A stretch of DNA of 64,000 bases. Source: a virus (lineage: Duplodnaviria; Caudoviricetes). The translations under genes were made by a program, and so were the position numbers. Below are positions 48,644 to 57,629 of the stretch, one piece after another. The stretch spans positions 55,673 to 119,672 of the IMG/VR virus record IMGVR_UViG_3300033463_000038; one strand, 5' to 3'. How positions within the stretch are numbered: position 1 is the stretch's first letter; each line of letters starts with the position of its first letter. The notes under the pieces are model-generated. The model did no database searches and was not told the DNA's origin. It saw only the letters and a program-made list of their open reading frames with translations.

Positions 48644-49570
48644 ATGGCAGACATCAATTTGAATGGAAAGAAATTGAACGTAGACGACAACACAGCGCAG
48701 CAGATCAAGAATCTCGTATCGAGAGATGATCTCGTAAAGCTCGTCAATGAGTATCTGACAGCTGATAAGCTTGGAAAACACACTGACCTGAAAGATGATT
48801 ACCTAGAGATTCTTCAAAAGACGCTTCAGGTCGAGCCTGCGATATTCAAAGAGGATCTGTTCAGAAACAAGATCAAGCTCGGTACGTTCGAATCGCCTAT
48901 TAGCGCCATATTGACAAATTCGAAGCTGAACGGCGATCTGAAACCGTCATACTTGAGTCTATGTCTCGACGTTACGACGGAAAGGCCCGCTATCGGAAAG
49001 GGTGAATTCTTATTCGCAGTTACGTTCGCAAATTTGGGTTTCTCTAAGAATACTGGAGACCTGATCGATATAGAAAGCAAAAAGAAGATCGAAGTCAAAG
49101 GAATAAGCGCTGTTCTCGGTAACGCACAGAGCGGTAAATTCAGACAGATGTCTGCTGAGACGATGAGGACAGTGTTCAAGGCTCTCGAAATCAACGACGT
49201 AGCGAGTTCAGAATACTATCTAAGCGAAGAAAACGCTAAGAAGATCAAGACAGCTATTGGACTCGACAGAGAGAAGGCGTTGAGGACGTTCACATATCTG
49301 CAGAATCTCAGAAACGAGAACGAAGCCCTCGCAAAATCGGCAGTTTCTCTCTATTTCGACAAAAAGCAGCTCATTCGGACAGTCACTGCGATGCACTTAT
49401 ATGCTTATATGAGAGTGGAAAGGGACGACTATCTACTAATACTGAACGACAAGAAATTCATGCTTACAGAAGCTCCTAAGAGCCTCTATGAAGCTTACGA
49501 CATCATCGACAAGCTAGTCGTTAAACCTTGGCACCAGGGCGAATACGGAATAAAGGTCACGTTGAGGTAG
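48644..49570 (+). CDS. putative PD-(D/E)XK-fold protein
   Basis: IGKGEFLF...TGDLID...IEVKG. Confidence 0.5.
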   Translation: MADINLNGKKLNVDDNTAQQIKNLVSRDDLVKLVNEYLTADKLGKHTDLKDDYLEILQKTLQVEPAIFKEDLFRNKIKLGTFESPISAILTNSKLNGDLKPSYLSLCLDVTTERPAIGKGEFLFAVTFANLGFSKNTGDLIDIESKKKIEVKGISAVLGNAQSGKFRQMSAETMRTVFKALEINDVASSEYYLSEENAKKIKTAIGLDREKALRTFTYLQNLRNENEALAKSAVSLYFDKKQLIRTVTAMHLYAYMRVERDDYLLILNDKKFMLTEAPKSLYEAYDIIDKLVVKPWHQGEYGIKVTLR

Positions 49571-49574
49571 TCAA

Positions 49575-50948
49575 ATGCCAGATCAGATATCAGTATCTCA
49601 AGCGATAAGCGAATCTAAGCTCACGGATACGAGCAAGAATTCGCGTATTCAACTAAAGCTGTGGCTTGACGACTACGACACGTCAAGCGGCATCGCTATT
49701 CCTATCGCCAACATTATCGACTTTCGACTGAGAGAATCGGTATTTCTCAAGCTGCCTTATGGTCAGTTTCAGTATGTCGACGACGGAAGCGCAGCAGATG
49801 AGTCTGTCTTCAATGCTGGCCGAATTATCTACATAGGATTCGAATACGCTACACTGAGCCAGTCTAGCAAGTCGAAAAAGAGCATATCGAAGGGCCGTTA
49901 CGTTATCAACGGAGTAAAAGTAAGGAAAGACAATTCTCAGACAGTGACTTACACAGTCACCTTCATCTATGACGCAGTAAAGCTGCTCAATTCTATCATA
50001 AGGTACCCGAGAGCATTGACTCCTAGAAAATGTTCAGTTGACGTGATTCGAGAAGTCGGATCGGAAATCGGCCTTTCCGTATCGACTAACTGCGAGACGA
50101 AAGACTGGATGAACTGGATCAATCCTAACATGAAGACCTACGACTTTATCCAGTACGTCTTGAAGCACAGCTACGTGTCTGACAGTGACTTTCTGATCTT
50201 CTGGGTAAGCAAGAACGGTGACGCGAAAGCTAACTCCGTACGTGAGATGTTCACAAATGGACTATCCCATTTCTTCGACAACAATGATAATAAAACTTTA
50301 CAAGATCGAAGTAAACATCTGATTTTCTCTGACGTCTATATGGAAGATCTACAGAATTTGACACAGCAAGAAGCCGAACACAAATATCTGTCTAGCTGCT
50401 ATATTCTGATGAATTCCGCTCAGAAGAACAATGACAGCTGGATCACAGACGAACGAGGAAACACAGTCGAAGTGACTTTCTACGATCCTTCTCTCCTGAC
50501 AGTTGTCGATCGTCTTGGCGACGATATGACGCTGGACGGCTTTAAAGTGACTCAGAAAGTGACTTATAGTCAGATCAATAGAGGAACACCTGCTGTCGAT
50601 AATTCGAGCTTAGAGACTGTACGAGAGAGCAAATTCAACGGGTTCATATCTCTAGACACTCACGCTAACTGGGAAACGGCACCAACGAGAAACGAAATCA
50701 TGATGTCTGAGTTCTTCGCTAACAGACAGACTATCACTATAAACACTGGAAAACAGCTAGCTACATTCCAGGAGCAGGAGCTCCGCATAGGTGACATTCT
50801 CGATATCGACTTCACTCGTCCAGGTCCAGACGGTTTCAGTACAGCCGACAACGGCAAATATCTCTTACATACGATCGACTGGATCTTCAAAAATGGAAGC
50901 GATCTGTTCGTTCAGTTAAGGGTAGCAGCTGACGCTACACACACATAG
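49575..50948 (+). CDS. baseplate hub protein (gp27/VgrG-like)
   Basis: LRESVFLKLPYGQF N-terminus; LRIGDILDIDF...GKYLLHTIDW C-terminus. Confidence 0.6.
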   Translation: MPDQISVSQAISESKLTDTSKNSRIQLKLWLDDYDTSSGIAIPIANIIDFRLRESVFLKLPYGQFQYVDDGSAADESVFNAGRIIYIGFEYATLSQSSKSKKSISKGRYVINGVKVRKDNSQTVTYTVTFIYDAVKLLNSIIRYPRALTPRKCSVDVIREVGSEIGLSVSTNCETKDWMNWINPNMKTYDFIQYVLKHSYVSDSDFLIFWVSKNGDAKANSVREMFTNGLSHFFDNNDNKTLQDRSKHLIFSDVYMEDLQNLTQQEAEHKYLSSCYILMNSAQKNNDSWITDERGNTVEVTFYDPSLLTVVDRLGDDMTLDGFKVTQKVTYSQINRGTPAVDNSSLETVRESKFNGFISLDTHANWETAPTRNEIMMSEFFANRQTITINTGKQLATFQEQELRIGDILDIDFTRPGPDGFSTADNGKYLLHTIDWIFKNGSDLFVQLRVAADATHT

Positions 50949-51096
50949 AAAGTCACTCGCTCAAAAATCGTCAAAATTCCTTATTTATCGCTATTTCTAA
51001 AAATCAGCAAAAATAAGGGGTACCACGCGAAGATGCGCGTGTCTATTTTAGCATAAATATTACATCAACTGGCGAAAAACAAGCAAAAACAGCACT

Positions 51097-51447
51097 ATGG
51101 CGGAAGAAAAGAGATCGATTTCGATAGTTAAGAACAACTCTGGACTAGAGATTATGACCGAGAATGGAACTTTCGAGCCGTTCTGGGGACTAATCGAGAA
51201 GAAGAGCCACGGGTACAAATTGAAGCTTGAAGATGGCCGAGAGCTCAAATACTCTGACGGCCACAGGTTCATGATCGATGGCTGGGAAGTGTATGTCGAG
51301 TCACTTTCCGTAGGCGACGAGATCGCAGGCTCTACTATCATCGACATAGAGGAAGTCACTGACACATTCTATGGTCCTTACTCGGTGAGAGGGCATGAGT
51401 ACAGCACAGTGGACGAAAATGGCGAGAAAGTGCAGATGCACCACAAC
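51097..51447 (+). mobile_element. atypically split intein, C-fragment (117 aa)
   Basis: Block B KYSDGHRF, SLSVGDEI, terminal HN followed by Cys+1; no N-terminal block A; in-frame TAG at 51049. Confidence 0.85.
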
Positions 51448-52179
51448 TGTGAGTTCATGGGATCTTCAACGACACTCATCGAACTCGATAAGCTCGCTAA
51501 GCTGTTCCCTACAGAGCCAAAGGAATTCAAGTACGGCTATCTCGTCTCGATCTGGGAAGAGCCGATTCCTGGAGCTATGTACGTGATGGGCGTGGACACT
51601 TCGACTGGCTCTGGTCTAGATTTCTCGGCAGTGCAAGTTCTAAAACTCGTCAGCAAGGACAAATTCGAACAGGTATGCACCTTCCACGACGATAGAACAC
51701 TTGGCGGCAAGTTCAGTCAGATCATCAAGGATCTGAGCGAGTGGTACAACGACGCTCTAATCATCATCGAGAACAACGGCCCGGGTAAGACGGTAGCAGA
51801 AGAGCTATGGTACACACTGGACTGCCAGAACATCATCAACACAGACCCGCACGGAATCGGTACGAACGCAAACAAGGCTTCTAAGCTCGACGCGTGTCTG
51901 ATGCTCCAGCGAGAAGTGAACAGGGACTCTCTGATCATTCACGACTCCGCTACTCTCAAGGAATTGACGACTTTCATTGAAGTTAGCCCGAATGTCTTCA
52001 AAGCGACAGCGGGTTCACACGACGACCTCGTATCTGCTCTCTACTGGGCAGTGTACGCGATCTTCCAGCCAGAGATCGACTTGGACAACCTCAAAGTCGA
52101 TATGAACAAGAGGGAGGAGCTAGTTGAAGTCCCACAAACGGTATTTCCGGACGAAGACGACGGAATTTGGACGTTCTGA
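51097..52179 (+). CDS. 17: terminase large subunit C-half (nuclease domain) preceded by a split-intein C-fragment
   Basis: After HHN comes CEFMGSSTTLI, YVMGVDTSTGSGLDFSA, IENNGPG, HDDLVSAL (gp17 nuclease); no ATPase half. Confidence 0.9.
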   Translation: MAEEKRSISIVKNNSGLEIMTENGTFEPFWGLIEKKSHGYKLKLEDGRELKYSDGHRFMIDGWEVYVESLSVGDEIAGSTIIDIEEVTDTFYGPYSVRGHEYSTVDENGEKVQMHHNCEFMGSSTTLIELDKLAKLFPTEPKEFKYGYLVSIWEEPIPGAMYVMGVDTSTGSGLDFSAVQVLKLVSKDKFEQVCTFHDDRTLGGKFSQIIKDLSEWYNDALIIIENNGPGKTVAEELWYTLDCQNIINTDPHGIGTNANKASKLDACLMLQREVNRDSLIIHDSATLKELTTFIEVSPNVFKATAGSHDDLVSALYWAVYAIFQPEIDLDNLKVDMNKREELVEVPQTVFPDEDDGIWTF

Positions 52180-52699
52180 CGAACACAAAGGCGAGAAGAA
52201 ACGAGTCAGTCGGCGAAAGAAAGAGCGTGAAGAGAAGTCACTTCGCCACTCTAACAAGCTGATGGATCAGAAACGGAAACAGAAACTCAGGCACACTAGA
52301 CAGTGGAGAGAGCTGAAAGGCCGTTTGATCGCTTCGAGAGGCAAAATCGACGAACTCACTGGACATAAGCTAACTAGAGACGACAAACTCACTTGTCATC
52401 ACATGCGCCTGACAGCAGAGAAGTATGGAGAATTCACGAAAGACGAAGATTTCATGCTTTTGACTGAGACAACTCACCGCGTTGTGCATTGGCTGTGGGA
52501 ACTCACCAAAGGTGAAGATTTTACTATTTTTGAAAGGATGAAGTCCGTGTTGACGCGGATGAAGGAACTACAAGATGAAGATAGCGGGACTGGACATGTC
52601 AGTGACCCACACTGGTGCTGTGAAACTGAAACTGGACGAGAGATTGAATATCCTGAACGCGGACTGGCTGACGTTCACGACTACCAAGAAGTATGCTAG
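52124..52699 (+). CDS. HNH-type endonuclease (start uncertain)
   Basis: QWRELK...DELTG...CHHM...FMLLTETTHRVVH. Confidence 0.65.
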   Translation: MKSHKRYFRTKTTEFGRSDEHKGEKKRVSRRKKEREEKSLRHSNKLMDQKRKQKLRHTRQWRELKGRLIASRGKIDELTGHKLTRDDKLTCHHMRLTAEKYGEFTKDEDFMLLTETTHRVVHWLWELTKGEDFTIFERMKSVLTRMKELQDEDSGTGHVSDPHWCCETETGREIEYPERGLADVHDYQEVC

Positions 52700-53225
52700 C
52701 GACAAGTCTATCTGGTACTCGAACGACGACTGGAACAGCAAATACGACAAATACAAGTTCATGCAGGATCGAATCCTGAAGTTTGTCGAAGACGCTGACT
52801 ATGTCTCGGCGGAAGACTACGCTTTCGGAGCTGCTGGAGCGACTGGTCTTGTGTTCGACCTAGCCGAGTTCGAAGGCTGGATCAGACAGTCCATCTGGCG
52901 CATGGGAAAGCCCATCTATCTCTATTCACCGATGACTATCAAGAAGGTCTTCTCGGGCCACGGCAACTCAGACAAGAAGGGTATGTTCGATGCTTATAAG
53001 CGAGTTACGCTCGTAAAGCCAGATTTGAGCATCTTTCCTCCAGTGACTAATGGTAAGAAGGGTCAACCTGGTGCAAGTGACGTAATTGACGCTTATGGCG
53101 CTGCAATGACGCTCATAACTGAGCTTCTAATCGAACGCGATGGACCCGAGAAGTTCCCTAAGCACATTCAAGAATTCTGGAAGAACAGAACCCGTGAAGT
53201 CATTCTCGGCTACAAGGGGCCGTAA
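52575..53225 (+). CDS. RuvC-like Holliday junction resolvase
   Basis: IAGLDMSVTHTG, AEDYAFG, KKVFSGHGNSDK, DVIDAY. Confidence 0.85.
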   Translation: MKIAGLDMSVTHTGAVKLKLDERLNILNADWLTFTTTKKYASDKSIWYSNDDWNSKYDKYKFMQDRILKFVEDADYVSAEDYAFGAAGATGLVFDLAEFEGWIRQSIWRMGKPIYLYSPMTIKKVFSGHGNSDKKGMFDAYKRVTLVKPDLSIFPPVTNGKKGQPGASDVIDAYGAAMTLITELLIERDGPEKFPKHIQEFWKNRTREVILGYKGP

Positions 53226-53226
53226 G

Positions 53227-53877
53227 ATGAGCTTAGAGATAAACGGAAACGACTTCGACGATCTGCTATCTCAGACGACGCTGTGGGTACTAGACAACTT
53301 CGCTTCCGTCTTCGCTAAAGAGGAAGAGGTGACACTCACAGCTCAGAGGAACGACTGTCCGTATATCCGAGAGGTGATCCAAGCCTTTCCAAAGAAGATG
53401 GATCAGCTGCGTAAGCTCTACGTGACCGAAGCTGAGATCGATAGCTCTCATCGTGAGTACAAGAAGACTGGAAAGGGCATATTCCACTTCAATGCTGTGA
53501 ATCACAAGAACAATCACGTCAATGGCGCGTGCCTCACTAGCATGGAGTACACGCGAGATGAAGTGACAGTCAACATTCGCGCATCCATCGCTCCTTACAA
53601 TCTCCAATTCGACTTGGTATTGATATCGGATCTGATACGTGAGCTCGGGCTGTCACCGAAGCAGATCACGATAAATATCGGCTACATGGCGTCCAAGCCA
53701 GTCCACAATCTCTACACATTCGTACTATACGGGATGAGCAAAGAAGACATTCAGGACACTGTCTATGGAAAATCTATCTGGAGTTCTTATGAGCGTGCTT
53801 TGACAGACAAGTGCAAATTCAACAGCATGAAAGTTATCGCTAGAAAGATTCAAGAGAAACTAAAGGATCAAAAGTAA
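53227..53877 (+). CDS. thymidylate-synthase-fold protein, paralogue 1
   Basis: GACLTSMEY...VNIRAS...NLQFDL matches TS C...RS...FN/D spacing. Confidence 0.55.
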   Translation: MSLEINGNDFDDLLSQTTLWVLDNFASVFAKEEEVTLTAQRNDCPYIREVIQAFPKKMDQLRKLYVTEAEIDSSHREYKKTGKGIFHFNAVNHKNNHVNGACLTSMEYTRDEVTVNIRASIAPYNLQFDLVLISDLIRELGLSPKQITINIGYMASKPVHNLYTFVLYGMSKEDIQDTVYGKSIWSSYERALTDKCKFNSMKVIARKIQEKLKDQK

Positions 53878-53879
53878 AT

Positions 53880-54599
53880 ATGAGTTTACATTTTAACTGT
53901 ACTGACTTTGACGACATTTTTCAGCAGACCTGCCAATGGGTGATGGAAAACTTCAAGTGTAACAGTTCTAGAGAAGATGATGTCACGATAGAGTGCAATT
54001 CATATTATTATGACAAGAACGGTAATCTGTCGAAGATGGCTAAGCGTCATCCGAAGAAGATGATCCATCTGAGAAGCATCTACGTTGAAGAGAGCGAACT
54101 TGACAGAGCTCACTCTGAGCTCATGAAGACTGGATCGTCCGACTTCCGCTTCAAGAACGTCCAGCATGAGTTCGACCACATTCGCGGCGGATGCCTTACA
54201 GCTATGCACTTGACTAACGACGAGGTTACGATCACTCTTCGTGCGTCTGTCATCCCTTGGAATCTTCAGTTCGACCTTGTCATGATTGCAGAACTTCTCG
54301 AACAGTTGGGTATGAATCAGAAGAAGATAACGTTCAAGATAGGCTACATAAGATCGAAGGTCATTCACGCTCTCTACACTTATCTCATCATGGGCTGGAC
54401 TCCAGAGAAGATTTGCGAATATCGTTTCGGAAGATCATGCATCGCTGCTTACATGAGAGGAAAGAAGCCTAACTGCAAATACCGAAACTGGATCAGGTTC
54501 TGCGGAAACGTAGATAAACTGAGAGCAGAGCTTGGTATAGGTCCACTTGAACCAGTGCTTGAAGCTGCAAAGGCTAAATTAGAGGACGAAAATGACTGA
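53880..54599 (+). CDS. thymidylate-synthase-fold protein, paralogue 2
   Basis: GGCLTAMHL...ITLRAS...NLQFDL; colinear with paralogue 1. Confidence 0.55.
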   Translation: MSLHFNCTDFDDIFQQTCQWVMENFKCNSSREDDVTIECNSYYYDKNGNLSKMAKRHPKKMIHLRSIYVEESELDRAHSELMKTGSSDFRFKNVQHEFDHIRGGCLTAMHLTNDEVTITLRASVIPWNLQFDLVMIAELLEQLGMNQKKITFKIGYIRSKVIHALYTYLIMGWTPEKICEYRFGRSCIAAYMRGKKPNCKYRNWIRFCGNVDKLRAELGIGPLEPVLEAAKAKLEDEND

Positions 54600-55023
54600 A
54601 AATCTTGATATCCCAGTGTTCTTCCCATTTGGAAGTCCGGGAGATTTTCTTGCAGATAAGCCGAGAAGCACTGAAGACATGGTCCGTAAGCTCTATGGCG
54701 ACGACGTTGAATTTCACGAGATTCCTCAATCAGTCACTTACACAGAGTTCGCAGCGCAAGCAGCCGATCGAGCTAAGTTCGGGCCGATGATCTTTGGAGA
54801 CGCTGGACTATCGGCTGAGGATCTAGCGTTGCTGCCTACGCAGGACGACCTGCCACAGCCAGATCGAAAGCAGTTGATCCAGAACTCGGAACCTGCAGAG
54901 GATCTACTGCCTCCGCCAGAGATGACACAGGATCTCGCATCTATGCTAGCTGCGTTCGACTCCGAGGCTGCGGGATATATCAAGTCAGGCGCAATCAACA
55001 CAAACACAAGAGGAAGGCGATAA
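54592..55023 (+). CDS. hypothetical protein
   Basis: 143 aa, Pro/acidic-rich; GAGG SD. Confidence 0.55.
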   Translation: MTENLDIPVFFPFGSPGDFLADKPRSTEDMVRKLYGDDVEFHEIPQSVTYTEFAAQAADRAKFGPMIFGDAGLSAEDLALLPTQDDLPQPDRKQLIQNSEPAEDLLPPPEMTQDLASMLAAFDSEAAGYIKSGAINTNTRGRR

Positions 55024-55032
55024 CAACAATGA

Positions 55033-55059
55033 AAGAGAGCAGATCCGTTCTGCTCTCTT
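55033..55059. terminator. hairpin terminator (possibly bidirectional)
   Basis: aagagagcaga-tccgt-tctgctctctt. Confidence 0.65.
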
Positions 55060-55091
55060 ATTGTGTAAACTTAAGTTTACTTAGTCTTGTG

Positions 55092-55166
55092 CTACTTCTT
55101 GATTCTTTCGAGTAAGAGGCCTGACTGCTCGATGATGCTCATAGCTTCGCTGATCTTCATAGACAT
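55092..55166 (-). CDS. 24-aa micro-ORF MSMKISEAMSIIEQSGLLLERIKK
   Basis: AAGGA upstream; shares the EA-xx-[IL]-xxxx-G pattern with 22580 and 39498. Confidence 0.3.
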   Translation of the reverse strand: MSMKISEAMSIIEQSGLLLERIKK

Positions 55167-55226
55167 AATAGCTATTTCCTTTGTGCAAATGCACGGTTGT
55201 CATGACATTTTTATTGATAAAAAGGG

Positions 55227-55255
55227 TTTAGAATTCTCATTGAATTACCTATATT
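55227..55255 (+). promoter_or_regulatory. early promoter of the paralogue array
   Basis: TTTAGAattctcattgaattaccTATATT. Confidence 0.75.
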
Positions 55256-55259
55256 AGCT

Positions 55260-55532
55260 GTGAATATGAATCAAAGGACCAACAACATAATCGTATCACT
55301 AAACGATAAAGGAGTTCCATCCACTAGAAAACGTCCCGTTCTCGGTGATATGTACATAACGCAAAGTCTAACCGATCCAGAGATGTACGACCAATGGATC
55401 TGGTCTGGAGATACTCTCGAATGGCAGAGGCTCGGAAGCATTCCGTTTTTCGATGAGGAGAAGGCTATGAGAAATGAACGAGTTGAGAATGTCAAGACGT
55501 ACTTCAGAGAACGAAAGGGGGCATCGAAATGA
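55260..55532 (+). CDS. YF-motif family member 1
   Basis: Ends MRNERVENVKTYFRERK. Confidence 0.7.
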   Translation: MNMNQRTNNIIVSLNDKGVPSTRKRPVLGDMYITQSLTDPEMYDQWIWSGDTLEWQRLGSIPFFDEEKAMRNERVENVKTYFRERKGASK

Positions 55533-55593
55533 ACGACTTTTTGACAAATAGGCGGTCGCAGGCTCTATACTTCGGTCCTTGCGGATGGTGCGT

Positions 55594-55941
55594 ATGATCA
55601 CTTCAAGAGACGCTTTCATGATACTCGACAAGAACGGATTTCGCGTACCGAACGGTAGTCAAGATGACGGCTACGGAGCGATCACGTACAACGGCGAACG
55701 AGTCGGAACGCTGTATGAGGATGAGGTCTACATCGCGTCAGAGTTTCCGCATCTCCGCAACAAGTCCTACGCTGACACAAAGAAGCAGGGAGCGATCAGG
55801 CTAGCTTCACGCACAGCGAGATCAGATCTAGAGTACTGCATTCAAGTCTTGTTCAAGTCTCCAGCTGCTTTCGAAGAGGAGATGAGGAACGAACGTGTCA
55901 AGAAAGTCAGACGCTATTTCGATACAAGGAAATTCTACTGA
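55594..55941 (+). CDS. YF-motif family member 2
   Basis: YNGERVGTLYE; ends MRNERVKKVRRYFDTRK. Confidence 0.75.
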   Translation: MITSRDAFMILDKNGFRVPNGSQDDGYGAITYNGERVGTLYEDEVYIASEFPHLRNKSYADTKKQGAIRLASRTARSDLEYCIQVLFKSPAAFEEEMRNERVKKVRRYFDTRKFY

Positions 55942-56378
55942 TGAAGCTCGTGAAAGTAGGAACGATAGTCAAACACTTGAAAGAGCTCGGCATTGAGTGC
56001 AAGTACATGAGTGGATCCTTCGTTAGTCTGTATTGGAGAGGCGAAGACATAGGAAATATCTACGAGAGAGATGGTGCAGATAAGCCTCTAGTCGTTCATA
56101 TTCTCGCCGATCTGAGAGCGGTCGCTGGACCTAACCCTGATGCTGTCGACATCCAGATCTACTGAAACGACTGGAAGGAGACACTAGGCGCTGCTGTCTA
56201 TCACCTGCAGGGATCAGAAGAGCGTTTCATCGATATGACCAGGGCAAAGCGAGTCCGTAACGTCCAGCAGTATTTCGAGAAAAAGAAAGAAAGATACCTG
56301 AGGACTATGATGGGTCGTCTCTCCGATGCGCTAAATGAAGTTGGAACGGCGTTCAAGGAACTGAAGGAGGACTCATGA
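55941..56378 (+). pseudogene. YF-motif family member 3, interrupted by an in-frame TGA at 56163-56165
   Basis: Frame continues after TGA through RAKRVRNVQQYFEKKK to a stop overlapping the next ATG. Confidence 0.7.
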
Positions 56379-56740
56379 GATTGACGTACTACGAAGCAAT
56401 GAATCTCTTGAAGTCGAAAGGTATCGAGTTCGACGGCAACGAACTCCTTCTCGATGGTGAAGTCGTAGGACATCTGTGGGAAAGGGTGCTCGTCATATCC
56501 AACGAAATTCCGTCTCTGTACAATCGTCTGTATGCCGAGATGGAGAAGACTAGGATCGGATTGAGCAGCGCCGATGCCAAAGAAGCGATCTCAAGGGCAG
56601 TCAAATCTCTCAAATCGTCACCCGTTCGATACGAGAAGACATTGAGAGATATGAGAATCTCTGATATACGCGACTACTTCAACAGACGCAAGAACGCTGT
56701 AAACGAAATTGAACAATTCATGTTGGCGGAGATGTGCTGA
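56375..56740 (+). CDS. YF-motif family member 4
   Basis: DGEVVGHLWE, IPSL, RDMRISDIRDYFNRRK. Confidence 0.75.
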   Translation: MRLTYYEAMNLLKSKGIEFDGNELLLDGEVVGHLWERVLVISNEIPSLYNRLYAEMEKTRIGLSSADAKEAISRAVKSLKSSPVRYEKTLRDMRISDIRDYFNRRKNAVNEIEQFMLAEMC

Positions 56741-57192
56741 TGGAACTGCTTGACAAGACAAGAGGACCTCTTCTCGGAGGTGTCGCTAACAACCGCAACT
56801 TCGCAGTCAATTACATGCGCAATCACGGATTCGAAGTCAAAGCGGACGACATGTCTGAATTTCCGCAGAAGCGCTATTACTATCTTCGTGGAGAGCTCGT
56901 GGCGTGGTCGTATGAGAATATCATCTATCTCCAACAGGTTCTGCCATCGCTCATCAAGATGGGTATTCTGGAGCAGAGAAGTAAGACCGAGATACCGTTC
57001 GATCTGCCAGGCATCGAGGTCCACAATCGTCTGCAAGCCGCTGTGAAGGAACTCAAGAACAGCTCGGATTCTTATGACGAGCTAGTCAAGAAGTCGAGAG
57101 TGCAGAAGGTCAGAGAGTATTTCAAGTACAGGAATATCGCGAAAGAGAATTCAATAGAGTACAACAAGCTAATGAAAGGGCTAATGAGATGA
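56734..57192 (+). CDS. YF-motif family member 5
   Basis: RGELVAWSYE, LPSL, KKSRVQKVREYFKYR. Confidence 0.75.
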   Translation: MLMELLDKTRGPLLGGVANNRNFAVNYMRNHGFEVKADDMSEFPQKRYYYLRGELVAWSYENIIYLQQVLPSLIKMGILEQRSKTEIPFDLPGIEVHNRLQAAVKELKNSSDSYDELVKKSRVQKVREYFKYRNIAKENSIEYNKLMKGLMR

Positions 57193-57629
57193 CGAGGGAG
57201 GAAGTCGAACAAGGAATAGTCGATCTGGGATACTCTACTAACAGAGATCAGGTCAAGAAAGGCGCATCGGTGAGTATACTGATCGATGGCGAGATCGTAG
57301 GACTGCTAGGGCAGGAATCTCTACAGCTAGCAGACTACATTCCTAGCATAGTGGGAAAGGATTGGTTGACTATCAACAGACGAATATTCGTGTATTACCG
57401 GATGGAGAACATGGACGGCGTCAAAAAGGCTCTAGAAGAGCTGAAAGACAGCGCAGCGAGATATGACAGAGATCTGAGAGAGCGGAGAAAGCTGAATGTC
57501 AAGATGTACTTCAAAGAGCAAGAGCTGAAGAAGATGAAGCGAAGAGAGCTCATCTCTAGTTTCAAGCGTGGAGAGCATCTCTCACGAGAAGAGCTACGAG
57601 AGCTGTCTGCTATGGGGTATGCGCTATGA
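57189..57629 (+). CDS. YF-motif family member 6
   Basis: DGEIVGLL, IPSI, RERRKLNVKMYFKE. Confidence 0.75.
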   Translation: MTREEVEQGIVDLGYSTNRDQVKKGASVSILIDGEIVGLLGQESLQLADYIPSIVGKDWLTINRRIFVYYRMENMDGVKKALEELKDSAARYDRDLRERRKLNVKMYFKEQELKKMKRRELISSFKRGEHLSREELRELSAMGYAL

